Shown one piece after another: positions 27,728-34,994 of a stretch of DNA of 49,257 nucleotides. Every line of letters begins with the position of its first letter. The first letter of the stretch is position 1. The stretch is from Flavobacteriales bacterium (GTDB taxonomy: Bacteria > Bacteroidota > Bacteroidia > NS11-12g > UBA955), in contig NSIB01000002.1 in NCBI GenBank assembly GCA_002737625.1, positions 1 to 49,257 of the forward strand. The letters run 5' to 3'. The position numbers were made by a program, and so were the translations under genes. A model generated the notes under the pieces. The model did not search any database, had not been told where the DNA came from, and saw only the letters and a list, made by a program, of their open reading frames with translations.

Positions 27728-29356
27728 TTAATCCGCCTGCAAAAAAGGATAGCGATAATCTGTTGGCGGTACGAAAGTTTCTTTGATGGTACGCTGACTC
27801 ACCCAACGAAGCAAGTTCACTTTTGCCCCAGCTTTGTCGTTCGTTCCACTGCCTCTTCCACCACCAAAGGGTTGCTGTCCTACCACCGCGCCTGTTGGCT
27901 TGTCGTTGATGTAGAAGTTACCCGCGCTGTTTCTCAATGCCCAAGTTGCATCTGTGATGGCCTGCCGGTCTTGTGCTAATACAGCTCCGGTTAGAGCATA
28001 TTCACTGGTTTTGTCTACCACTTCAAACATGTTGCTCCATTCGCTGTCTTGATATACCCAAATGGTTACTACTGGGCCAAATATTTCCTCACACATGGTG
28101 CGATAATGGGCGGTAGGCGCCATCAAAATGGTAGGATCAATGAAATAGCCTTTGCTCATGTCACAGTTGCCACCAAAAAGCACCTCTACCCCATCGGCTT
28201 TGGCTTGATCGATATATCCTTTGATTTTATTGAAAGCACGCTCATCAATGACCGCATTCACGAAGTTGGTAAAATCTTCTGTAGGACCCACTTTAATCGT
28301 TGCCATTTCTGTCAACAATTTTGCTTTTACCGCTGGCCACAAACTCTGAGGAATGTATACACGACTGGCTGCAGAGCATTTTTGTCCTTGAAATTCAAAA
28401 GAACCACGAATGATGGCGGTTACCAGCACCTCCACTTGGGCACTGCTGTGAGCCAAAATAAAATCCTTACCGCCCGTTTCACCCACAATTCTTGGGTAAC
28501 TGCGATACTTGGCGATATTGGCACCAATGGTTTGCCAAATATTTCTAAATACTCCGGTACTACCTGTAAAGTGAATGCCTGAAAAATCTGGGTGATTTAA
28601 AACCACATCACCAATCTCAGGACCGCCGGCATATACCAAATTCACAACCCCGTCAGGCAATCCCGCTTCTCTAAAAATACGCATCAATGCATTGGCACTG
28701 TATATTTGAGAGTTGGCAGGCTTCCACACAATTACATTGCCCATCATGGCTGGGGCTGTTGGCAAATTCCCTGCAATGGCGGTAAAGTTGAACGGCGTTA
28801 ACGCGAAAACAAATCCTTCCAACGGACGGTATTCCAAACGATTCCAAATGCCTTTGGCGTTGGCTGGCGGCTGTTCATTGTATATTTCCGCCATGTATTG
28901 CACGTTAAATCTCAAGAAATCCACCATTTCACAGATGGAGTCGATTTCAGATTGAAACGCATTCTTGCTTTGTGCCAACATGGTTGACGCGTTTAATACA
29001 TATCTATATTTGGTAGCCATCAACTCCGCGGCTTTCAAGAATATCGCGGCGCGCTGTTCCCAAGGCATTGACTCCCACATGGGCTTTGCGGCCAAGGCAG
29101 CATCAATGGCTTGTTGAACATGGCTGGCGGTACCTCTGTGATATTGACCAATTTTGTGATGGCGATCATGGGGGGGAAACAAATCGTGTACGTCTCCCGT
29201 TCTTACTTCTTCTGCACCAATATACATTGGAATATCTTCTACTTTACTGCGTGCGTCTTTCAAAGCAGCTTGCAATAATTTGCGTTCGTTGCTACCTGAT
29301 GCGTACTCGTAGATTGGTTCGTTGATGGCTTGGGGGATGTGAAATGTTCCGTTCAT
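27728..29356 (-). CDS. pruA: L-glutamate gamma-semialdehyde (1-pyrroline-5-carboxylate) dehydrogenase
   Basis: ORF to 29374 from a TTG; ATG at 29356 preferred. Aldehyde dehydrogenase motifs GETGGKD and catalytic Cys context FEFQGQKCSAASR. About 542 aa, as in single-domain P5CDH. Confidence 0.85.
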   Translation of the reverse strand: MNGTFHIPQAINEPIYEYASGSNERKLLQAALKDARSKVEDIPMYIGAEEVRTGDVHDLFPPHDRHHKIGQYHRGTASHVQQAIDAALAAKPMWESMPWEQRAAIFLKAAELMATKYRYVLNASTMLAQSKNAFQSEIDSICEMVDFLRFNVQYMAEIYNEQPPANAKGIWNRLEYRPLEGFVFALTPFNFTAIAGNLPTAPAMMGNVIVWKPANSQIYSANALMRIFREAGLPDGVVNLVYAGGPEIGDVVLNHPDFSGIHFTGSTGVFRNIWQTIGANIAKYRSYPRIVGETGGKDFILAHSSAQVEVLVTAIIRGSFEFQGQKCSAASRVYIPQSLWPAVKAKLLTEMATIKVGPTEDFTNFVNAVIDERAFNKIKGYIDQAKADGVEVLFGGNCDMSKGYFIDPTILMAPTAHYRTMCEEIFGPVVTIWVYQDSEWSNMFEVVDKTSEYALTGAVLAQDRQAITDATWALRNSAGNFYINDKPTGAVVGQQPFGGGRGSGTNDKAGAKVNLLRWVSQRTIKETFVPPTDYRYPFLQAD

Positions 29357-29404
29357 AATCTTAGATTGTTGCAAAAATACAACGGAATTGGCAGCTTTTA
29401 TGAG

Positions 29405-29421
29405 ATTAACGTTTCGTTAAT
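29405..29421. promoter_or_regulatory. 17-bp perfect palindrome ATTAACG-TTT-CGTTAAT in the divergent pruA/alkaline-phosphatase intergenic region
   Basis: Read directly from the sequence. Located 48 nt from the pruA ATG and 38 nt from the phosphatase GTG. Confidence 0.3.
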
Positions 29422-29458
29422 TCGTCAGTGGCCCGAATTTCAATTGTAGATTTGCTTT

Positions 29459-30640
29459 GTGAAACAGCTCATTTTTATTTTCATCACCGTTGGAAGCCTT
29501 TTCGGCGCTTCCTCTGCCTATGGTAAACCGAAAAAACCCATCAAACCGAAACACATCGTTCTGATCATCGGCGATGGTACCGGACTAGCCCAATGGAGTG
29601 CTTACAATGCAAAACGGACAAAGGACATCAATTCCATGGACAGCGCAGCGGTTGTTTTCACTGATTTCCCTGTGATTGGATTTTGCCTAACCTCCAGTGC
29701 CGATGCCTTTATTACCGATAGCGGTGCCGGTGCAACAGCCTTGGCAACAGGCAAAAAAGCGAACAACTATATGATTGGAATGGCCGCGGATAGCTCAAAG
29801 CCCATTACGATTTCGGAAATCGCTCATTTACAGGGCAAATCAACGGGCATCGCGGTTACCTGCGAACTGACTCATGCAACACCAGCATCATTTTTTGCCC
29901 ACCAACCCTCTCGGAAGTTGATGAACGAGATTGGAGCCGATTTTATTACCGGAATGTCGCCCCACGATTTGGCTGAACTGCAAGAGCGCAACGGTCAAAC
30001 CGATGTGGGTTCTCAATTTGTAAAAGGCTCTATCGATGTGGCGTTGGGTGGCGGACGCAATTACTTTGATACCAACGCGTTAAAAAACAACGGATACGCC
30101 ATCGGAACGGGCTATAACGCCATGAAACAATTGCAAAATCAAGGTAGACGTGTGGTGTTTTACGATGACCAACCCTTCCCTCCCAAGGCGCATGAAGGCA
30201 GAAATAAAGAGGGCATGTACCTGGCCGATGCCAGCGAAAGTGTATTAACCACGATGTTTTTGAATCCAAAAGGAAGCTTTACAATGATCGAAGGCTCGCA
30301 AGTGGATTGGGCAGGACACGAAAACGACAGTACTTATTTGATGGCGGAAATGGAAGACTTTGATGTCGCCATTCGCAGGGTGATTGCTATGGCAAAAGCC
30401 AACAAAAACACCCTTGTGATTGTGACTGCGGACCATGAAACAGGCGGACTGAGTTTAACGGATTGGGACAAGGCAAGGAGTCAACCTGCGATGCACTTTT
30501 CTACCAGACATCACACGGGCATTCCTGTTCCCGTTTTTGCTTACGGACCGGGTGCGGAATTATTTTCAGGGGCTTACCAAAACACGGCAATTTTTACAAA
30601 AATTCAAGATTTGCTTACACAACCCATCGAAAAGAAATAA
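29459..30640 (+). CDS. Alkaline phosphatase (PhoA family), exported
   Basis: GTG start with signal peptide. GDGTGLAQ, active-site region TDSGAGATALATGKK, and metal ligands DWAGHEND and ADHETGG. Confidence 0.85.
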   Translation: MKQLIFIFITVGSLFGASSAYGKPKKPIKPKHIVLIIGDGTGLAQWSAYNAKRTKDINSMDSAAVVFTDFPVIGFCLTSSADAFITDSGAGATALATGKKANNYMIGMAADSSKPITISEIAHLQGKSTGIAVTCELTHATPASFFAHQPSRKLMNEIGADFITGMSPHDLAELQERNGQTDVGSQFVKGSIDVALGGGRNYFDTNALKNNGYAIGTGYNAMKQLQNQGRRVVFYDDQPFPPKAHEGRNKEGMYLADASESVLTTMFLNPKGSFTMIEGSQVDWAGHENDSTYLMAEMEDFDVAIRRVIAMAKANKNTLVIVTADHETGGLSLTDWDKARSQPAMHFSTRHHTGIPVPVFAYGPGAELFSGAYQNTAIFTKIQDLLTQPIEKK

Positions 30641-30649
30641 CTTGCGGCC

Positions 30650-31387
30650 ATGAGCGGCACGTCTTTCGGCATCATCATTCCGGCGCGGTATGCGAGTACT
30701 CGATTTCCCGGCAAACCCCTACAAGATTTGGGCGGCAAAACGATGATTGAGCGCGTGGTTGAGGCGGCGATGTCGGCCAATCCCGATGCGGGTGTGGCTG
30801 TGGCTACGGACGATGTGAGAATCGCTGAGCACATTCAATCCAAATGTGAGGTAATCATGACGAGCGATTTGCATCCCAGCGGCACGGATCGATGTGCAGA
30901 AGCATTGACGAAATTGGGTTGGGACTGCGATGTAGTGGTGAATTTACAGGGCGATGAGCCATTTATCAAGCCGGAACAGATTGCGTTGCTGGTATCGGCG
31001 TTTGAGAATCCCAGAACGGAAATCGCTACTTTGAAGATTGCCATTCAGGAGGCGGATGAAATCCAGAACCCGAATGTGGTGAAGGTGGTGTGTGATGTGA
31101 ATGATCAGGCTTTGTATTTTTCGCGATCGGCGATTCCATTTGATCGAAACGGGCAATTTCAGGGCTCGGGGATTCAATACTATCGTCACATTGGGATGTA
31201 TGCATTTCGCAGGGATGCTTTGATCAAGGTATCGAAGCTATCACCCAGCGCTTTGGAAAAAACCGAAATGTTGGAACAACTCAGGTGGCTAGAAAACGGA
31301 ATGGGCATCGGCGTGAAAGAAACCTCTTGGGCCTCCCCTGCCATTGATACGCCGGAGGATATAGCCAAGGCGCTGAAGTTTGTTTGA
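30650..31387 (+). CDS. kdsB: 3-deoxy-manno-octulosonate cytidylyltransferase (CMP-KDO synthetase)
   Basis: IIPARYASTRFPGKPL N-terminus, NLQGDEPF and E..LEQLRWLENG motifs. Confidence 0.92.
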   Translation: MSGTSFGIIIPARYASTRFPGKPLQDLGGKTMIERVVEAAMSANPDAGVAVATDDVRIAEHIQSKCEVIMTSDLHPSGTDRCAEALTKLGWDCDVVVNLQGDEPFIKPEQIALLVSAFENPRTEIATLKIAIQEADEIQNPNVVKVVCDVNDQALYFSRSAIPFDRNGQFQGSGIQYYRHIGMYAFRRDALIKVSKLSPSALEKTEMLEQLRWLENGMGIGVKETSWASPAIDTPEDIAKALKFV

Positions 31388-31447
31388 TTGAATATCGATT
31401 ACAGAGTGTGGAGATAAAGGTTACGGGCCTGAATTACTGACCAATTT

Positions 31448-31459
31448 TAGTACGTACTA
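31448..31459. promoter_or_regulatory. 12-bp perfect palindrome TAGTACGTACTA
   Basis: Read directly. Lies in the 213-bp kdsB/TetR intergenic region. Confidence 0.25.
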
Positions 31460-31486
31460 TTTTCGGGGAAACTCACACAATTGATT

Positions 31487-31503
31487 ATTCGGAAATTCCG
31501 AAT
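31487..31503. promoter_or_regulatory. 17-bp perfect palindrome ATTCGGAA-A-TTCCGAAT (weak kdsB terminator hairpin or protein-binding site)
   Basis: Read directly. Followed by ttcgtcattttt. Confidence 0.3.
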
Positions 31504-31557
31504 TTCGTCATTTTTACTGGGTTTCGTATTTCTGTGAGACGCGAATTTTAAAAAACA

Positions 31558-31589
31558 TTTGGAAAACTAACGAGTGTTAGTTAGTTTTG
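31558..31589 (+). promoter_or_regulatory. Candidate promoter (-33 TTTG, -7 TAGTTTTG) with an embedded inverted-repeat operator AACTAAC-N4-GTTAGTT
   Basis: TTTG at 31558-31561 and TAGTTTTG at 31582-31589, 20 nt apart. The 7-bp perfect inverted repeat at 31565-31582 fills the spacer. The TetR ATG is at 31601. Confidence 0.5.
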
Positions 31590-31600
31590 TGTTTGTTACA

Positions 31601-32167
31601 ATGACACGCCGACAACAAATCATGGGAACCGCCTTGTGCCTGATGCGCAAAAAAGGGTATTTGAATACCTCCATGCGCGACATCGCCAGCTCAGTGAACA
31701 TGGAAGCGGCGAGCTTGTACAACCACATCAAAGGGAAAGAGGAAATTCTGATCGATACCTGCTTCGGCTTGGCAGAAACCTTGGAAATCGGCATCAACGA
31801 AGTGAACGACATCTACTTCAACGCCGCCGAGAAATTGTCGATGGCCATCCACAGCCACATCAAAGCCCTCACCCAAGATCTCAATGCATCGCACCTGTTT
31901 GTGCACGAATGGCGACATTTATCAGACGACAAACGCGCGCAATTCATCGAACGTCGTGACTTGTATGAAAAAGAATTTCGCGACATCGTAATACTTGGAT
32001 TTGAAGAGGGTGAATTCAAAGACGTTGACCCCAAATTTGCCACCCTCACCATCCTCGCCTCGCTCAACTGGGTCGGTGAATGGTATCGCCCCCAAGGGGA
32101 AATGCAACCCAAAGAAATTGCAGAAAAATTGACCCATTTCATTCTTTCAGGACTACAAAAAAACTAA
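31601..32167 (+). CDS. TetR/AcrR family transcriptional regulator (PaaR-like by context)
   Basis: ORF from a GTG at 31574; ATG at 31601 preferred. [31 protein letters not shown]. The stop is 10 nt before paaA. Confidence 0.85.
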   Translation: MTRRQQIMGTALCLMRKKGYLNTSMRDIASSVNMEAASLYNHIKGKEEILIDTCFGLAETLEIGINEVNDIYFNAAEKLSMAIHSHIKALTQDLNASHLFVHEWRHLSDDKRAQFIERRDLYEKEFRDIVILGFEEGEFKDVDPKFATLTILASLNWVGEWYRPQGEMQPKEIAEKLTHFILSGLQKN

Positions 32168-32177
32168 ACACATTCAT

Positions 32178-33170
32178 ATGTACGGAAACGCTTACATCGA
32201 AAATGACGGCAACAAAGTGAACAGCATTTTGGCCGACGAAGATCCCATCAAATTGGCAGAGTTCGAAGCACGCATCGCTGCGGGCGACAAAATCGAACCG
32301 AAAGATTGGATGCCCAAAGAGTATCGCAAGCAGTTGGTGAGAATGATTGAGCAACACGCCCACTCTGAAATCATTGGCTCGTTGCCAGAAGGCACTTGGA
32401 TTACCCGTGCACCTGGTTTCCGTCGTAAATTGGCATTGATGGCCAAAGTTCAAGACGAAGTGGGCCACGCACAATTGCTGTATAGCGCCGCTGAAACCTT
32501 GGGTAAAAGTCGGGAAGACATGACCAACGACCTGATCAACGGCAAGAGCAAATATTCAAACGTATTCAACTACCCCGCTCCCACTTGGGCCGATAGCGCT
32601 GTGATTGCTTGGTTGATCGATGCAGGGGCTATCGTGAATCAGTTGGCCAACAGCAAAGGATCTTACGGTCCGTATTGCCGGGCGTTGGACCGCATCTGTG
32701 CTGAGGAATCGTTCCATTTGAAATACGGACACGATAACGTGGTTTTCTTGGCAACAGGAACGCCGGTGCAACGTGCGATGGTGCAAGAAGCCTTGAACCG
32801 CTGGTGGGAACCCATCATGCATTTCTTTGGTCCGCCAGACAAAGCCTCTCAACACTCTGAAATCTTGATGCGCTGGAAAGTGAAAATGGGATCGAACGAT
32901 TCTATGCGTCAGACCTTCTTGAACATGTACGTCCCCAAGATTTGGGATTTGGGATTAACCCTCCCCGATACCGAATTGCGCAAAAACGAGGAAACCGGAC
33001 AGTGGGAATACACCGAACCCAACTGGGAAACCTTCAAACAGGTCATCAACGGCAACGGACCTTGCAACAAAGAGCGCTTGGCGGTTCGCAGAATGGCTGA
33101 GGAAAACGGTCGTTGGGTGCGCAAAGCGTTGATGAACAAAGACGCGGTATACGCAACACCTTTAGCATAA
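32178..33170 (+). CDS. paaA: 1,2-phenylacetyl-CoA epoxidase subunit A
   Basis: Diiron oxygenase motifs ([31 protein letters not shown]). The N-terminal region [14 protein letters not shown] is typical of PaaA. Confidence 0.9.
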   Translation: MYGNAYIENDGNKVNSILADEDPIKLAEFEARIAAGDKIEPKDWMPKEYRKQLVRMIEQHAHSEIIGSLPEGTWITRAPGFRRKLALMAKVQDEVGHAQLLYSAAETLGKSREDMTNDLINGKSKYSNVFNYPAPTWADSAVIAWLIDAGAIVNQLANSKGSYGPYCRALDRICAEESFHLKYGHDNVVFLATGTPVQRAMVQEALNRWWEPIMHFFGPPDKASQHSEILMRWKVKMGSNDSMRQTFLNMYVPKIWDLGLTLPDTELRKNEETGQWEYTEPNWETFKQVINGNGPCNKERLAVRRMAEENGRWVRKALMNKDAVYATPLA

Positions 33171-33196
33171 TTGGTAACTGAAACAACGAGACAATC

Positions 33197-33574
33197 ATGA
33201 TTGTAAAATCTTTAGACCCTCGCATCGAGCGCGCAGCGCTCGATGACGAATCAAAAATTGGCGAACTCAATGTGCATGAGCATTTTGAGACCTATGAAGT
33301 GTTTCAGCAAGTGAAGCGCGGCACACACCACCAACACGTGGGCAACGTGCATGCACCCAACGCAGAAATGGCGATGCTGTTTGCCAAAGAGCAATATTGC
33401 CGTCGCGGGGCAGCCGTGAACCTATGGGTTGTTGCCACTTCCAACGTTTTCGTTACCGAGTATGTTGATGCGGATATTTTCGAGACCACCGAAGACAAAT
33501 TGTATCGCGACCCAAACAGTTACAAGGTGATGGACCGCATCAATGCGTACAAAGCCAGAACCAGCAAGGTGTAA
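33197..33574 (+). CDS. paaB: 1,2-phenylacetyl-CoA epoxidase subunit B
   Basis: Core YEVFQQVKRG..HQHVGNVHA...A..FAKEQYCRR....LWVV matches PaaB. The ATG start gives ~25-30 extra N-terminal residues compared with the ~95-aa E. coli protein as I recall it. An in-frame GTG at 33272 is an alternative start. Confidence 0.85.
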   Translation: MIVKSLDPRIERAALDDESKIGELNVHEHFETYEVFQQVKRGTHHQHVGNVHAPNAEMAMLFAKEQYCRRGAAVNLWVVATSNVFVTEYVDADIFETTEDKLYRDPNSYKVMDRINAYKARTSKV

Positions 33575-33623
33575 GGAAATACGGATCATTTCAGAACCCA
33601 AACAAACAGTAAACCTTTATATT

Positions 33624-34394
33624 ATGGAATTCACAGAAAAACACGTTGAAGGCTTAAAAGAGCTTTTATATAAAATGGCCGATGATTTATTGATCATTGG
33701 ACACCGCAACAGCGAATGGACCGGTTTGGGTCCGATGTTGGAAGAGGATATCGCTTTCAGCAGCATGGCGCAGGACAAAGTGGGTCAATCGTTGGCATTG
33801 TTTGAATTGTTGCACGAATTGGGCGAAAGCGACCCTGATACGGTGGCATTTACACGAAACGACCATCAGTTTCATTGTTCGCAGTTGGTAGAGTTACCGA
33901 TTGGCGAGTACGACTTTTCGATGGTGAGACATTTCTTCTTTGATCACGCTGAGGCGATTCGATTTGAGATGTTAGCCGATAGCGTTTTTGAGCCATTGTC
34001 GATGGTAGCAAGGAAATTCAAAGGTGAAATCAAGTATCACACGATGCACGCTGATATTTTCATGCAGAAATTGGCCGCTGGGGGTGAGGAGAGTTTCTCA
34101 CGGATGCAAAATTCGATCAATGAGACATTTGGATTGGCATTAGGGATGTTTGAGCCTGGCAAATACGAGGAAGCATTGATTGAATCAGGCATTTTCGGTG
34201 GAGAAGCTGAATTGCAGCGGCGCTGGTTGGATAAAGTGTTGCCTTTGTTGGAATCTTTTGGGTACGTAGTGCCCAAGGTGGAAAGCACTGAGCCCGCCTT
34301 CGGCGGGCGTCACGGAATTCACACACCCCATTTGCAACCCCTGCTCGATGAAATGACAGAAGTCTTCAGCATCGATCCAGGCGCGGATTGGTAA
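33624..34394 (+). CDS. paaC: 1,2-phenylacetyl-CoA epoxidase subunit C
   Basis: ORF from 33543; the ATG at 33624 gives MEFTEKHVEGLKELLYKMADDLLIIGHRNSEW, typical of PaaC (ADD.L.LGHR.SEW). Confidence 0.88.
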   Translation: MEFTEKHVEGLKELLYKMADDLLIIGHRNSEWTGLGPMLEEDIAFSSMAQDKVGQSLALFELLHELGESDPDTVAFTRNDHQFHCSQLVELPIGEYDFSMVRHFFFDHAEAIRFEMLADSVFEPLSMVARKFKGEIKYHTMHADIFMQKLAAGGEESFSRMQNSINETFGLALGMFEPGKYEEALIESGIFGGEAELQRRWLDKVLPLLESFGYVVPKVESTEPAFGGRHGIHTPHLQPLLDEMTEVFSIDPGADW

Positions 34395-34446
34395 TTCACC
34401 TTGCGTAGCATCTAAAAACCCAACGCCAATAACTATCCCCTAAATT

Positions 34447-34484
34447 ATTTCACAATCCTGGAAGTGAATTTCACAATCCGGGAG
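34447..34484 (+). repeat. Direct repeat ATTTCACAATCC(T/G)GGA..G x2 with 21-bp period in the paaC-paaD spacer
   Basis: A 12-bp perfect repeat at 34447-34458 and 34468-34479. The junction forms the palindrome GTGAA-T-TTCAC (34464-34474). Confidence 0.6.
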
Positions 34485-34511
34485 AACTCAATCGCATAAA
34501 TACAAAAAACA

Positions 34512-34991
34512 ATGTCCAATTCCATAAAAGTCCTTCTGGAAACCGTCATGGATCCAGAAATTCCTACCATTTCAATTGTGGATTTGGGTATTGTTACAAG
34601 CATTGAATCACCCCAGCCCGGACATGCCATCATTGAGCTCACACCCACTTTCAGCGGATGTCCTGCCTTGAGAATCATGGAACAGATGGTGCACGACAAA
34701 CTCGCCGAATCGGGCTACACACACATCGAGGTGAAAACCACGTTCAACAAACAGTGGAACACCAACATGATTACCGAAAAAGGCCTCATCGCACTCAAAC
34801 AACACGGACTTGCGCCACCACCAAAACACAATGGTTACATTGAACTAGATGTGCTGAGCGATACCCCCTGTCCTTACTGCAATTCGCGAAATACCGAAAT
34901 GCAAACCCCCTTTGGCCCTACCCTCTGTAGGAGCATGCACTATTGCAAAAATTGCCTGAATGCTTTTGAAGCGTTTAAGCCCGTTTCGTAA
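34512..34991 (+). CDS. paaD: Phenylacetate-CoA oxygenase subunit PaaD (DUF59/MIP18 domain plus C-terminal Cys4 ribbon)
   Basis: VMDPEIPTISIVDLGIV...TPTFSGCPA, and C-terminal CPYC...CKNC. Confidence 0.88.
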   Translation: MSNSIKVLLETVMDPEIPTISIVDLGIVTSIESPQPGHAIIELTPTFSGCPALRIMEQMVHDKLAESGYTHIEVKTTFNKQWNTNMITEKGLIALKQHGLAPPPKHNGYIELDVLSDTPCPYCNSRNTEMQTPFGPTLCRSMHYCKNCLNAFEAFKPVS

Positions 34992-34994
34992 CGA

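Noticed and set aside
28049-28582. 177-aa ORF antisense to pruA
   Set aside because: It is a shadow ORF inside a well-supported aldehyde dehydrogenase gene. Its sequence is low-complexity and His/Thr/Gly-rich with no domain signature.
29447-29454. TAGATTTG as the alkaline phosphatase promoter
   Set aside because: It ends only 4 nt before a GTG start that is needed for the signal peptide. A leaderless GTG start is unlikely, so the match may be coincidental. It is mentioned only within the palindrome finding.
31636-32474. Cluster of overlapping 70-111-aa ORFs on both strands across the TetR and paaA genes
   Set aside because: These are alternative frames of clearly identified genes. Their Arg/His/Gln-rich compositions indicate out-of-frame translation of GC-richer coding DNA.
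31574-34991. The paa region looks GC-richer than its surroundings, which could suggest a horizontally acquired island
   Set aside because: A similar by-eye GC elevation is seen in etfBA and pruA, which are conserved metabolic genes. There is no integrase, tRNA boundary, direct repeat or transposase flanking it. I did not compute GC content, so this remains unquantified.
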